From Sphaerobacteraceae bacterium (lineage in GTDB: Bacteria > Chloroflexota > Chloroflexia > Thermomicrobiales > UBA6265), in contig JADDPH010000077.1 in assembly GCA_016781925.1 (NCBI GenBank), forward strand, positions 878 to 64,877: a stretch of 64,000 nt of DNA, written 5' to 3'. Position numbers and translations under genes: made by a program. Of this stretch, positions 48,994 through 59,337 are shown one piece after another; position 1 is the stretch's first letter; each line of letters starts with the position of its first letter. Under the pieces are notes generated by a model. It saw nothing but the letters and a program-made list of their open reading frames with translations. It ran no database searches and was not told where the DNA came from.

Positions 48994-50097
48994 ATGAGCA
49001 ATCTCTTCACCACTCTCGCTGAGCTTGAGCGGCGGTACGCCGAACTTGATCACCTCATGGCCGACCCTGCGGTCGCCACGGACCCGACCAAGCTCCAGGA
49101 GTACGGGCGCGAGCGTGCAGAACTGGAGGATGTCGTCGGCGCCTACCGGGAGCTGCGAGCGGTCAACGCCGCCATCGAGGAAACCGAGGTGCTGGCGACC
49201 GATGTCAGCGACCGGGAGATGGCCGACCTGGCGACCGAAGAACTCAAGGAGCTGCGGGAGCAGCGAGAGGCACTGCTTGAGCGCGTGCGCCTGCTGCTGG
49301 TGCCGAAGGACCCGAACGACGAGAAGAACGTGATCGTCGAGGTCCGGGCCGGCACCGGCGGCGATGAGGCAGCGCTCTTCGCCGCCGACCTCTTTCGGAT
49401 GTACACCCGCTACGCCGAGCGGCATCGCTGGAAGGTGGATGTCGTCTCCGCGACCGAGACCGACGGCGGCGGGTTCCGGGAGGTGATCTTCGAGGTCCAG
49501 GGTCGCGGCGCCTACAGCCATCTCCGCTACGAGAGCGGGGTCCACCGGGTGCAGCGGGTCCCCGCGACCGAGAGTCAGGGCCGCATCCACACCTCGACCG
49601 CCAGCGTGGCCGTGCTGCCGGAGGCGGAGGAGGTGGACATCCAAATCAACGACAACGAGCTACGGATCGACGTCTACCGCTCCACGGGTCACGGCGGACA
49701 GAGCGTGAACACCACCGACTCGGCTGTCCGTCTGACTCACCTACCGACGGGGCTCGTGGTGACCTGCCAGGACGAGAAGAGCCAGCTGAAGAACAAGCTC
49801 AAGGCGATGACGGTGCTGCGCTCCCGGCTCTACGAGATCGAGCAGCAGCGGCTCTCTCAGGAGCGGGGGGACGCGCGCCGCTCCCAGATCGGCTCCGGGG
49901 AGCGAAGCGAGAAGATCCGGACCTATAACTTCCCGCAGGATCGGGTCACCGACCACCGGATCAAGCTGAACCTGAGCAACATCCCGGCGATCCTCGAAGG
50001 CCAGATCGACTCCTTCGTCCAGGAGTTGCGCGCCGCCGACGAGGCCGACCGTCTCGCCGATGCCGGCCTTGATGAGCGCGCCGAAGCCGCGGACTAG
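48994..50097 (+). CDS. prfA: peptide chain release factor 1
   Basis: PAT-type recognition region, GGQ motif ([25 protein letters not shown]). Confidence 0.95.
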   Translation: MSNLFTTLAELERRYAELDHLMADPAVATDPTKLQEYGRERAELEDVVGAYRELRAVNAAIEETEVLATDVSDREMADLATEELKELREQREALLERVRLLLVPKDPNDEKNVIVEVRAGTGGDEAALFAADLFRMYTRYAERHRWKVDVVSATETDGGGFREVIFEVQGRGAYSHLRYESGVHRVQRVPATESQGRIHTSTASVAVLPEAEEVDIQINDNELRIDVYRSTGHGGQSVNTTDSAVRLTHLPTGLVVTCQDEKSQLKNKLKAMTVLRSRLYEIEQQRLSQERGDARRSQIGSGERSEKIRTYNFPQDRVTDHRIKLNLSNIPAILEGQIDSFVQELRAADEADRLADAGLDERAEAAD

Positions 50098-50418
50098 GCG
50101 AACCGTCGCAACCTGCTGGAAGCGACTCGCACTAACCTCTGGCTTACACGCTTCAGCATCGACGATCGCCTGACGTTAGGCCCATCGCTGATTTGCGATG
50201 CCAGGGAACACCGTCAGTGGTTCGGTTTCTCCCTCTCGCATCGCGGGTCTAGCGACAGCGCGAAACTCGGGGCGGGGTTGGTTCTTCGTGCCACAACGCG
50301 GCGATGCTGCGCCAAGGGGATCCTCGTCCCGCCGGTCGGCTGGGCACGCGCTCCCCTGTGGCGTGGCACCAGCCTACGCCGTTGGGATCTGGGCCACGCG
50401 GGTCGGCCGCGGGCGGCG

Positions 50419-51303
50419 TTAGAACAGCGCCAACACCCGGCTCGGTCCCCCCGAGGCGTTGAGGTGCTTCGGGCCGCCGACGACAAGGGTGGCACCGACC
50501 GGGGGCGCGACAGACAGGTTCGCGAGGTTTTCCAGACCGTACTTGCCGGCTGGGAGAACCGTGAGATGGGTCGCGAAGTCGGTCGAGGCACCGAAATCCA
50601 GGCTGATGGTATCGACACCGATGCCGACGATAGAGCGCTCTTCAACCAGAAACGCCGCAGCGTCAGGTGCGAAGCCGGGGAAATGGAGCGTGCCTCCGGC
50701 GTCGGCGTTCAGGAATGCTCCCGGGGTGGCCAGGCGAGCCTCCCACCCGGAGTGCATCGCCACGAATGCCCCCTCTGGCAACGCGCTGTTCTGAGCCTCC
50801 CAGGCCAGGATGTCGTCCACCGTCACCTGATAGTCGTCGTTCGCCGCAGCCCTGGCCGCCACGTCAATCACGGCAAGCGGGGCGACGAAGTTGGCCACCG
50901 GCAAGGTATCCGCCTTCGGGCCATTGGCGTCGAAGTGGGCCGGAGCGTCCATGTGGGTGCCGGTGTGCTCGTCCAGAACGAGCTGACTCTTGTAGAACCC
51001 ATCCTGCTCCACTCGTACCAGCACGTTGGCCTGGAACTGCTCGCTGCCGGGGAAAACCGGGAAGTCCGGCGTAATGGTATGCGTCAGGTCCAGCACGCTG
51101 CCGAAGCAGCCCGTGGCGATCGGGGTGCCCAGGGGAGCGATCACGGGGGTCGCGCCCGGGGTCGCCGCGCCCTGAAGAGCGGCGCTCTGTGGACGTCCTA
51201 CTCCACCGAGCACGGCCAGCGCACCCGTCGATCCTGCCGCCCCAAGGAACCGCCGCCGAGTGATCGCTCGTTGCACCGTCGCCATTGCCTGCGGTGAACA
51301 CAT
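50419..51303 (-). CDS. cyclase-family protein (kynurenine-formamidase-like) with Tat-type leader
   Basis: TRRRFLGAAGSTGALAVLGG leader. DLTHTITPDFPVFPG...DEHTGTHMDAPAHF metal motif. Confidence 0.85.
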   Translation of the reverse strand: MCSPQAMATVQRAITRRRFLGAAGSTGALAVLGGVGRPQSAALQGAATPGATPVIAPLGTPIATGCFGSVLDLTHTITPDFPVFPGSEQFQANVLVRVEQDGFYKSQLVLDEHTGTHMDAPAHFDANGPKADTLPVANFVAPLAVIDVAARAAANDDYQVTVDDILAWEAQNSALPEGAFVAMHSGWEARLATPGAFLNADAGGTLHFPGFAPDAAAFLVEERSIVGIGVDTISLDFGASTDFATHLTVLPAGKYGLENLANLSVAPPVGATLVVGGPKHLNASGGPSRVLALF

Positions 51304-51498
51304 GGTCGTTCCCTCCCTGGATCCGTCGTTGAGACCCTGGCGGACTGTTGCCCGCCCCTTGCCTCATCATAGCCTTGAACGCCGCCGCGCCAAGTCCGGG
51401 CTAACGGCACAGTTCGGGTTGCTTAGCGGGTTTCCGCATATCGAGCCCAAACGAGCCTGCATCGAGCCGGGCTGAACGACCAAGACGAAGCGAATCGG

Positions 51499-52374
51499 GT
51501 GGAGCTCAACACCGTGTTGGGACGGAGCATTGCCGAGGCACTGGGCGCCGCGAGCGCCCGGCTCGCAGCAGCCGGCCGGGAAACACCGCGCCTCGATGCG
51601 GAGGTGCTGCTGCGTCACGTGTTGGGGCTGGACCGAGCGGGCCTCTTCGTGCGACTGCGGGAACCACTGCCTGTGATGGCGTGGGCCACATATGAGGACC
51701 TGGTGACGCGGCGCCTGGCGGGAGAACCGGTGGCATACCTCACGGGCGTGCGCGAGTTCATGGGCCTGGACTTCGCGGTCCGTCCCGGCGTCCTGGTGCC
51801 ACGGCCGGAGACGGAACTGCTCGTGGAGTGGGCACTTGGGTGGCTTGGTCAACGCCCGGCGGGGACGGTGCTGGATATCGGGACCGGGAGCGGTGCGATC
51901 GCCGTCGGGGTTGCCACCCACCTGCCGCCGAGTTGGGATGGTCGAATCATCGCCGCGGATGTCTCGGCGGCGGCGCTGATGGTTGCGGAGGCGAATGGAG
52001 TCCGGCACGGTGTGCGTAATCAGGTCTGCTTCGTGCTCGGCGACCTGGCGACGTGGTGCGGGGGTCCGGTGGATCTGTTGCTGGCGAATCTGCCCTACCT
52101 GCGTCCAGATCAGGTCGCGGGGAACTTGGATCTACGCCCCGAGCCCGTCCTTGCCCTCGTCGGCGGGGAGGATGGGCTCGATCTGATCCGCCGCCTGATC
52201 GACGACGCACCCCGCTTCCTCGCACCTGACGGGGCGCTGGGGCTAGAGATTGATCCGTCCCAGGCAGATGTCGTCGCTGGGCTGGTGGCCACCACGCTGC
52301 CGGACGCGGCCGTGGAGATTCTACCGGACTTGGCTGGCCTTGCCCGGCACGTGGTGGCGCGGCGCCGATCCTGA
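51499..52374 (+). CDS. prmC: release-factor glutamine N5-methyltransferase
   Basis: VLDIGTGSGAIAV SAM motif, NLPY catalytic motif (LLANLPYL), HemK N-terminal helix bundle. Confidence 0.9.
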   Translation: MELNTVLGRSIAEALGAASARLAAAGRETPRLDAEVLLRHVLGLDRAGLFVRLREPLPVMAWATYEDLVTRRLAGEPVAYLTGVREFMGLDFAVRPGVLVPRPETELLVEWALGWLGQRPAGTVLDIGTGSGAIAVGVATHLPPSWDGRIIAADVSAAALMVAEANGVRHGVRNQVCFVLGDLATWCGGPVDLLLANLPYLRPDQVAGNLDLRPEPVLALVGGEDGLDLIRRLIDDAPRFLAPDGALGLEIDPSQADVVAGLVATTLPDAAVEILPDLAGLARHVVARRRS

Positions 52375-52488
52375 CCTTTGCGGAGAGACCTGAAGCAACG
52401 CTCGGCCGACGGGCGGTACACTCGGGCCGTCGAGTCGCGGTGACAAGGATCTGGCCAAGCGCGAGGCGGGGCGGGGCGGAAAGGACTG

Positions 52489-53625
52489 ATGGCTGTGGAG
52501 GGCAACGACCTCGGTGAAGCGACAGCGGTGCAGGGAGATCCTGGCGATGAGACCCCTCCAAGCGACGTGCCCGCCGCGTTCGCGGGCAAGGATCCGCGCC
52601 TGACCCCGTACGGGGCGACCAACCTCGGTACGCCGCCGGAGTTGCTGGCGAATTTGGACGAGCTGACCGTACCGAACGACCGCTTCTTTGTCCGCTCCAA
52701 TGGGCCGACCCCGATCATCTCCCCCGAGACCTGGCGACTGCGTATCGGAGGGCTGGTCGAGCGGGAACTGATCCTGTCGCTAACGGATCTCCAGGCGATG
52801 CCAGGGCGAACCCTAACCGCGTTCCTGGAATGCTCCGGGAATAGCCGGAGCCGATTCGTCCCGACGGCGGAGGGGACGGCCTGGCAGGACGACGCGGTGG
52901 GCAACGCGACTTGGGGAGGCGTCTCTCTCGCGACGGTGCTCGATCTGGCTGGACTCCGGGACGGGGCGGTAGAGATCGTCTCCCAGGGAGGCGACTTCGC
53001 GGGGATGCAGCGGGGACTGCCGCTTCCGGTAGCTCGCGACCCGGATACCCTGCTGGCCTGGGAGATGAACGGGGAGCCGCTGCCGCTGCCCCATGGCGGT
53101 CCGGTGCGGCTGCTGGTGCCTGGTTGGGGCGGCATTGCCTCCACCAAGTGGCTGGTCGGTCTCGAGGTGATCGACCGGCCGTTTGACGGTCCGTGGAACA
53201 CCGACAGCTACGTCTTCTACGACGCCGACGGGACCGCCCTGGGTCCGGTGCGGGAGATGGGCGTCAAGTCGATCATCGTCGCGCCGGGCACGGAGACGCG
53301 CTTGGCCGCTGGAAGGCAGCCGATCGTCGGGTACGCCTGGTCGGGGTGGGGCCGGATTGCGCGGGTAGAGGTCAGCACCGACGGCGGCACCACCTACGAG
53401 GAGGCCCGGATCGTCCGGGCGGATGGACCGCGCTCCTGGGTACGGTTCGAGCACCCGTGGACGGCGGCACCGGGGCAGGCGCGGCTCCGATCCCGCGCGA
53501 CCGACGAGGCCGGCAACACCCAACCAGAGACGATTCCCTGGAACGCCAGGGGCTACGGCATGCACGCGGTGCAGGAGATTTCGGTCTCCGTCGTGGAGCC
53601 GGAACTGGGACGCGGGACATCGTGA
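52489..53625 (+). CDS. sulfite-oxidase-family molybdopterin oxidoreductase
   Basis: FFVRSNGPTP...WRLRIGGLV...LECSGNSR (Mo-ligand Cys)...GGPVRLLVPGWGGIASTKW, plus a C-terminal dimerisation Ig-like domain. Confidence 0.9.
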   Translation: MAVEGNDLGEATAVQGDPGDETPPSDVPAAFAGKDPRLTPYGATNLGTPPELLANLDELTVPNDRFFVRSNGPTPIISPETWRLRIGGLVERELILSLTDLQAMPGRTLTAFLECSGNSRSRFVPTAEGTAWQDDAVGNATWGGVSLATVLDLAGLRDGAVEIVSQGGDFAGMQRGLPLPVARDPDTLLAWEMNGEPLPLPHGGPVRLLVPGWGGIASTKWLVGLEVIDRPFDGPWNTDSYVFYDADGTALGPVREMGVKSIIVAPGTETRLAAGRQPIVGYAWSGWGRIARVEVSTDGGTTYEEARIVRADGPRSWVRFEHPWTAAPGQARLRSRATDEAGNTQPETIPWNARGYGMHAVQEISVSVVEPELGRGTS

Positions 53626-53659
53626 CGCTCTGGCACGCCGGCAGAACCCGAGCGGGGTG

Positions 53660-54046
53660 ATGCAGGAGGATCGCGACGTGGGTACGGCAGGGGCACCGGA
53701 AGCGAGGCGGGGGGAGGAGATTCCCTGGCAGGTGATGAGCAGGGTCGAGGGGCTCCCCCTGCTGGGAGGTGCGGGTGAGGCCCGACTCCTGCTGCGCGGG
53801 GAGGCGAGCTTGACCCTGCAGGTGCGATATCCGAAAGGCGTCTCCTCCCCGCCCCACGCCCATCGCCATGAGAGCCATGTCTACGTGCTGAGCGGCCGCG
53901 TGCGAGGGACCCTCCAGAGCGAGACGGTCGAACTTGAAGCGGGCGATGCGGTTCTTCACCCGGCCGGGGTGATCCACACGGTGGAGGCGTTGGAGGACGC
54001 CTCCTGGATCGAGGTGAAGACGCCGCCGGAAGTCGTTTGGAGTTGA
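53660..54046 (+). CDS. cupin-domain protein
   Basis: PPHAHRHESHVYVLSGR...LEAGDAVLHPAGVIHTV is a two-motif cupin signature. The upstream part of the track ORF overlaps the Mo-enzyme gene and is spurious. Confidence 0.75.
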   Translation: MQEDRDVGTAGAPEARRGEEIPWQVMSRVEGLPLLGGAGEARLLLRGEASLTLQVRYPKGVSSPPHAHRHESHVYVLSGRVRGTLQSETVELEAGDAVLHPAGVIHTVEALEDASWIEVKTPPEVVWS

Positions 54047-54123
54047 GGACCACGGTCCGTTCAGGTTCTTAAGCCCGTAGATGAGAGACATTCGTTGCCT
54101 TTACGTCACACTGTCCGAACATC

Positions 54124-54152
54124 TTGCACGAATAGAACATATGTTCTAATTT
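54124..54152 (+). promoter_or_regulatory. candidate promoter of the imuB operon
   Basis: TTGCAC, a 17-nt spacer, then TAATTT, in a locally AT-rich stretch. The SOS box fills the spacer. Confidence 0.45.
54133..54148. promoter_or_regulatory. LexA (SOS) box, GAAC-N4-GTTC type
   Basis: Perfect 16-bp palindrome TAGAACATATGTTCTA, 75 nt upstream of the imuB ATG. Confidence 0.75.
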
Positions 54153-54222
54153 AGAGCGCGGTCGGGTACCGTGCCTTCGCTCCCCCCTCCTGGCCTTGTT
54201 GGACCATACGACTGGGGGACTC

Positions 54223-55431
54223 ATGCCAATCGCCTGCCTCCGCGTGCCACACTTCGCCCTCCGGGTTGCCTTGCTGGAGCGGCCAGAACTCGATGGCGTG
54301 CCGTTGGTACTGAGCGCGTCATCAGGAGGGCGCATCATCGTTGCCGACCGCACGCCAGAGTCGGCGGCACGCGGGATCCAGATTGGGATGGCGATCCGGG
54401 AAGCGACAGCGCTCTGCCCGGAGGCAGTCATTCTCACACCCGATCCGGTCCGGGAAGCGACGATGGGCGAGCGGCTGCTGACAGCCCTCGAAGCCCTCAG
54501 CCCTTCCGTCGAAGCAGACGCGGCCGAGCCCGGCTGCTGGTACGTCGATCTGCGGGGCCTGGACCGCCGGCTTGGCCCGTCGCCACAGGCAGCCCAGGGC
54601 CTGCTCACGGTCGCCCCACCGGCACTGCGACCGCGGGTTGGAGTCGCACCCGGGAAGTTCGCGGCACGGGTCGCGGCGGGGCGAGCAGGACCGGGAACCG
54701 CCCGAGTGGTCGACCCGGCGGAGGTGCAGAGCTTCCTGGCCGGGGAGGCAATCACCTGGCTGCCGTTACCCCCGGAGACGCTGCGGCGGCTGGAGCGGCT
54801 GGGGCTCCGGACGCTGGGAGCGTTGCGAGCCCTGCCGGCTGCGGCGGTCGCGGCTCGGTTCGGCCCGGCCGGCCGGCACGCCTGGGAGCTAGCCGGCGGC
54901 CGGGATGATGCACCGGTTCGCCCCCGCCCGCGCGAAGAGACGATCGTCGAGACGCTCGACCTTGACGCGCCGGCGACCAGCCGCGAGACGCTGCTGATCG
55001 GGATGACCCGGCTCGTGCTGGGCGCCTTTGGGCGACCAGCGATGCGGAGCCGGCATGTGCGCCAGGCGCGGCTGCGGGCGACGCTGGAGGGGGGCCGCTC
55101 CTGGGAGAAGACCGCGACGCTGCGCGAGCCCGCCGGGGCGCAGAAGCTGGTGGAAACGCTGGGCTACCGGCTGCAGGCGGTGGAGCTGAGCGGAGCGGTC
55201 GAGGCGCTGGCGCTGGAGCTCACCGGCCTAACGGGAGCGGTAGCCAAGCAACCATCCCTGCCCGGCCTGAGGAGGGGATCGCGCCGCGGGCAGGTGCCGC
55301 GCTCGCTGGTGGACGCGACACGGCAACTCAAGCAGCGCTACGGCACGTCGCCGTTGTACCGGATCGTGGAGGTGGAACCGTGGTCGCGGATCCCAGAGCG
55401 CCGGCACGCGCTGATCAGCTACGACCCCTGA
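54223..55431 (+). CDS. imuB: ImuB-type Y-family polymerase homolog (catalytically inactive type)
   Basis: MPIACLRVPHFALRVALLERPEL...: the Y-family N-terminal motif lacks the catalytic Asp/Glu pair, as in ImuB. It sits directly upstream of dnaE2 and behind a LexA box. Confidence 0.8.
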   Translation: MPIACLRVPHFALRVALLERPELDGVPLVLSASSGGRIIVADRTPESAARGIQIGMAIREATALCPEAVILTPDPVREATMGERLLTALEALSPSVEADAAEPGCWYVDLRGLDRRLGPSPQAAQGLLTVAPPALRPRVGVAPGKFAARVAAGRAGPGTARVVDPAEVQSFLAGEAITWLPLPPETLRRLERLGLRTLGALRALPAAAVAARFGPAGRHAWELAGGRDDAPVRPRPREETIVETLDLDAPATSRETLLIGMTRLVLGAFGRPAMRSRHVRQARLRATLEGGRSWEKTATLREPAGAQKLVETLGYRLQAVELSGAVEALALELTGLTGAVAKQPSLPGLRRGSRRGQVPRSLVDATRQLKQRYGTSPLYRIVEVEPWSRIPERRHALISYDP

Positions 55432-55667
55432 ACCTGCCCCGCCCGGTTCGCGTCAAGACGCGGGGGCAGGGCGGATTCCCAGTGACCCTGATCGAGGGGG
55501 GCCGCCGTCGCCAAGTCGCCCATGTGGCCGACATCTGGTGCATCGAGGACGAATGGTGGCGGCATCCGATTAGCCGCCGCTACTTCCGGCTGGCGCTGGA
55601 GGACGGAGATATCCGCACCGTCTACCATGACGGCGTCGAGGATGCCTGGCATGCCCAGACCTACTGA
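55380..55667 (+). CDS. small Trp-rich protein of the mutagenesis cassette, hypothetical
   Basis: ...VAHVADIWCIEDEWWRHPISRRYFRLALEDGDIRTVYHDGVEDAWHAQTY. It lies between imuB and dnaE2. The start is uncertain: GTG 55380 overlaps imuB by 52 nt. Confidence 0.55.
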   Translation: MVADPRAPARADQLRPLNLPRPVRVKTRGQGGFPVTLIEGGRRRQVAHVADIWCIEDEWWRHPISRRYFRLALEDGDIRTVYHDGVEDAWHAQTY

Positions 55668-55808
55668 GGTGAAGCCGTCGTGGTCGCCGCGATGATCCGG
55701 CTTCATCGCCCGGCACCCTTCCTCCATCAGGAGCCAGGTCTCGTGGCGGGGATGGGTATCTCCATCCCCGCCACAGGGCTTCCCACCTCGCGCTGCCGCT
55801 GATTGGGC

Positions 55809-58800
55809 ATGACCCCCACTCCGGCCTACGCCGAACTGCATCTGCACACCGCCTTCTCGTTTCTGGACGGCGCCTCGCTCCCGGAGGAGATGGTCGGGCG
55901 GGCGGCGGATCTGGGTTACCGGCACCTCGCGATCACGGACCACGACGGCGTCCACGGCGCGATGGAGTTCGCTAAGCTCGCCCACGCGGCCGGCATCGCG
56001 CCGATCACGGGGGCCGAGCTGACCCTGCAAGACGAGTCCCACCTCACGCTGCTGGCCGAAACCGCGACCGGTTACGCCAACCTCTGCCGGTTGATTACCG
56101 CCGCCCACCACGCGACCGATGCTGCCAGCAGCTCCCAGGTCGATCAGACGCTTGCCCACCGAGATCGCAAGAGGGGGACGGGTCGGCACACCCATGCCGG
56201 CAGCGACGAACCCGCTCCCGAGCGCGCCCCTCGCCTCGACCCCGCGCTCCTGCCCGCGCACGCCGATGGGCTGGTGCTGCTCACGGGCTGCCGGAAGGGA
56301 TCGCTAGCTCGGCTGGTGGACGCTGGCCGGGTGGCAGAGGCTGAGGCGCTGCTGCGGGAGTACGTCGCGTGGTTCGGGGCACAAAACGTGGTCGTTGAGT
56401 TGCAGCAGAACCTGGTCTACGGCGACACCCGGAGGATTGCGGCGCTGGTCGGGCTAGCCGAGCAACTCCGGTTGCCCTACGCCGCGACCGGCAACGTCCA
56501 CTACCACCGTCCGGACCGCCATCGCCTGCAGGACGTGCTGGTGGCGATCCGGCACCGCACCACCCTGGACGGCTCCCACCGCATGCGGCGCCCGAACGCC
56601 GAGTTCGCCCTCCGCTCCGCCGCGGAGACGGCCGCCCTCTTCCGCCGCTACCCCGAGGCGCTCAGGACCACGCTCGCGATCGCCGAGCGCTGCGCCGGGT
56701 TCGACCTCACGCGGGATCTGGCCTACCGCTTCCCGGACCACCCCACCGCGCCCGGCCAGACCCCGGACGATCTGCTGGCGGAGGTCTGCCGGGCGGCACT
56801 TCCCGCCCGCTATCCGTGCGATACCGGTGCCGCGACGGCCCGGCTGGAGGAGGAGCTGGCTCTCATCCGTAAGCACGGACTGGCCGGGTTCTTTCTCCTC
56901 TACCGGGACCTGCTGGAGATGGCCCGGGATGTCGCTCGGGAGGTGCGGGGGGAAGGCTCGGCCCGGGCGGCCGGCAACCTCCCACCGGGACGGGGGCGCG
57001 GCTCCTCCGTCAGCTCCATCGTCTGCTACCTGATCGGCCTCTCTCCCGTAGACCCGTTGGCCCACGGTCTCTTCCTCGGCCGCTTCCTCAACGACGAGCT
57101 CTCCTCCGTCCCGGACATCGACCTGGACTTCCCGCGCGAGATCCGGGAGAAGCTGATCGAGCGCGTCTACGCGCGCTACGGTTCGGACCGCGCGGCGCTG
57201 GTCTGCGCCTTCTCCACCTACCGCCTGCGCTCGGCGGTGCGGGATGTCGGCAAGGCGCTGGGGCTGCCCGCGGCGGATCTGGACCGGATCGCCAAGCTGA
57301 GCGAACCCCGCTCCGCCCGGGAACTGGATGAGGAACTGGGCAAGATCCCCGAGTACGCCACGCGCAAGGATGCCCCCCCCTGGAAGCATCTGGTCGAGCT
57401 GGCCGGGCAGCTCGCCGGCTTTCCGCGCCACGTCACCCAGCACTCGGGCGGGATGGTAATCGCGTCCCAGCCGCTGACGGAATTGGTGCCGATCCAACCG
57501 GCGGCGATGCCCGGACGCTATCTTTGCCAGTGGGATAAGGACTCCTGCGACGACGCCCGGTTCGTCAAGATCGACTTCCTGGCCCTCGGCATGCTCTCGC
57601 TGGTGGAAGAGTGCCTGGAACTGATCGCGCTTCGTCGCCCGCCGCTGGATATGAGCCGGATCGACTTCGCCGACCCCCGTGTCTACGACATGATCTGCGC
57701 GGGCGACACGATCGGCACCTTCCAGATCGAGAGCCGGGCCCAGATCCAGATGCTGCTGCGGACCCGGCCGCGCACCCTGGAGGATCTGGTCGTCCAGGTC
57801 GCGATCGTGCGGCCGGGTCCGATCATCGGCGGCGCCGTCAACCCCTACGTCCGCCACCGCGAGCTGGTCCGCATCAACCCAGCCGCCCAGCCCACCTACG
57901 ACCACCCCCGCCTGGTACCGGTGCTGCGCGAGACGCTGGGGGTGATTCTGTACCAGGAGCAGGTGCTGGAGGTGGCGATGGCCCTGGCCGGGTTCACCGC
58001 CGGTCAGGCCGACATGCTACGCCGGGCGATGACCCGCAAGCGATCCCGTGAGGCGATGCTCCGGATCTGGGCCCAGTTTCGGGACGGCGCGCTGGAGCGG
58101 GACGTGGACCTGGAAACGGCCAAGACGGTCTTCCGCAAGCTGATCGGGTTCGCCGCCTACGGCTTCCCGAAGTGCCACGCCGCCGCGTTCGCCGTGCTCG
58201 CCTACCAGTCCTGCTGGCTCAAGCGCTACTACCCGGCCGAGTTCACCTGTGCGCTGCTCAACAACCAGCCGATGGGCTTCTACCCCCCGCACACCCTGAC
58301 CAACGACGCCAAGCGGCACGGAGTGCGCGTGCTGCCGCCCGACGTCAACGCGAGCGGCCCGCGCTGCACGGTCGAGCCGGGGCAAGCGCGGGCGATCCGC
58401 ATCGGCCTCGGCTACGTCCACGGGCTGGGAGAGGAGGCCGCGCAGGAGATCACGCGGGAGCGGGAGAGCAACGGGCCGTTCCGCTCCCTGGCGGACTTCG
58501 TGCGGCGGGTGACGCTGCGGCCGGAAGCGACGGAGCGCCTGGTTCTGGTCGGCGCCTTCGACCGGTTCGGCCTGGGGCGACGCGAGGCGCTCTGGCAGCT
58601 CGGGCTCTTCGTGCCGGCACGCGGCTTCGGTTCGACCCGCGCCAACCCGCCGACGGAGCGGGGCCGGCAGCTTTCCCTGCCGCTGCCGGTGGCGCAGGAT
58701 CAGGTGGCGCTGCCGCCGATGGGTCCGTGGGAGCAGATGGTGGCCGACTACGCCACCCTCGGTCTGTCCCCTCGCTACCACCCGCTTGGGCTGCTCCGCG

Positions 58801-59246
58801 CCCGCCTGCCGGCCGGCATTGCTAGCACGGTGGACCTAGCATCCATCCGGGACGGCTCGATCGTACGCGTGGCCGGGCTGGTGGTCTGTCGGCAGCGGCC
58901 GGGCACGGCGAAGGGGATCACGTTCCTGCTGCTGGAAGACGAGCGAGGGCTGGTGAACGCCGTCGTCTACCCGGATCTCTACGAGGAGCAGCGGCTGCTG
59001 GTCCGTGGCGAGCCGTTCCTGCTCGTGGAGGGGCAGCTCCAGCGGCGAGGCCAGAACCTCAACATCATCGCGCACCAGTTGCACCGTCTGGAAGGCGCCC
59101 GCGAAGCCATCTCCCCCATGCCGGTCCAGCATCAGGAGATTGACATCATCGCCGCCGGTCGAGGCCCCCAGGGGGATGATCCACGAGAACGCCAGCCAGC
59201 CGACGGCCTGCGATCCTTGGCGCCGCCGTCGCACAGCTACCGGTAA
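55809..59246 (+). CDS. dnaE2: error-prone DNA polymerase III alpha-like subunit DnaE2
   Basis: PHP domain YAELHLHTAFSFLDGASLPEE, a pol III alpha core, and a C-terminal OB fold. No beta-clamp/tau tail. About 1145 aa, typical of DnaE2. Confidence 0.95.
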   Translation: MTPTPAYAELHLHTAFSFLDGASLPEEMVGRAADLGYRHLAITDHDGVHGAMEFAKLAHAAGIAPITGAELTLQDESHLTLLAETATGYANLCRLITAAHHATDAASSSQVDQTLAHRDRKRGTGRHTHAGSDEPAPERAPRLDPALLPAHADGLVLLTGCRKGSLARLVDAGRVAEAEALLREYVAWFGAQNVVVELQQNLVYGDTRRIAALVGLAEQLRLPYAATGNVHYHRPDRHRLQDVLVAIRHRTTLDGSHRMRRPNAEFALRSAAETAALFRRYPEALRTTLAIAERCAGFDLTRDLAYRFPDHPTAPGQTPDDLLAEVCRAALPARYPCDTGAATARLEEELALIRKHGLAGFFLLYRDLLEMARDVAREVRGEGSARAAGNLPPGRGRGSSVSSIVCYLIGLSPVDPLAHGLFLGRFLNDELSSVPDIDLDFPREIREKLIERVYARYGSDRAALVCAFSTYRLRSAVRDVGKALGLPAADLDRIAKLSEPRSARELDEELGKIPEYATRKDAPPWKHLVELAGQLAGFPRHVTQHSGGMVIASQPLTELVPIQPAAMPGRYLCQWDKDSCDDARFVKIDFLALGMLSLVEECLELIALRRPPLDMSRIDFADPRVYDMICAGDTIGTFQIESRAQIQMLLRTRPRTLEDLVVQVAIVRPGPIIGGAVNPYVRHRELVRINPAAQPTYDHPRLVPVLRETLGVILYQEQVLEVAMALAGFTAGQADMLRRAMTRKRSREAMLRIWAQFRDGALERDVDLETAKTVFRKLIGFAAYGFPKCHAAAFAVLAYQSCWLKRYYPAEFTCALLNNQPMGFYPPHTLTNDAKRHGVRVLPPDVNASGPRCTVEPGQARAIRIGLGYVHGLGEEAAQEITRERESNGPFRSLADFVRRVTLRPEATERLVLVGAFDRFGLGRREALWQLGLFVPARGFGSTRANPPTERGRQLSLPLPVAQDQVALPPMGPWEQMVADYATLGLSPRYHPLGLLRARLPAGIASTVDLASIRDGSIVRVAGLVVCRQRPGTAKGITFLLLEDERGLVNAVVYPDLYEEQRLLVRGEPFLLVEGQLQRRGQNLNIIAHQLHRLEGAREAISPMPVQHQEIDIIAAGRGPQGDDPRERQPADGLRSLAPPSHSYR

Positions 59247-59287
59247 CCTGATCCTCCACAGAGCACGAAAACGTGCGATTTGCGATC

Positions 59288-59329
59288 GAGCGGAAAGATG
59301 GCTCCCCACCACGAGCCATCCTCCCGCTC
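59288..59329. terminator. hairpin between convergent dnaE2 and protease genes
   Basis: GAGCGGAAAGATGGCTC-N8-GAGCCATCCTCCCGCTC, with 15 of 17 positions paired. Confidence 0.5.
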
Positions 59330-59337
59330 GATCCGGG

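Noticed and set aside
56454-57905. 483-aa minus-strand ORF
   Set aside because: It lies antisense within dnaE2 and is a shadow ORF.
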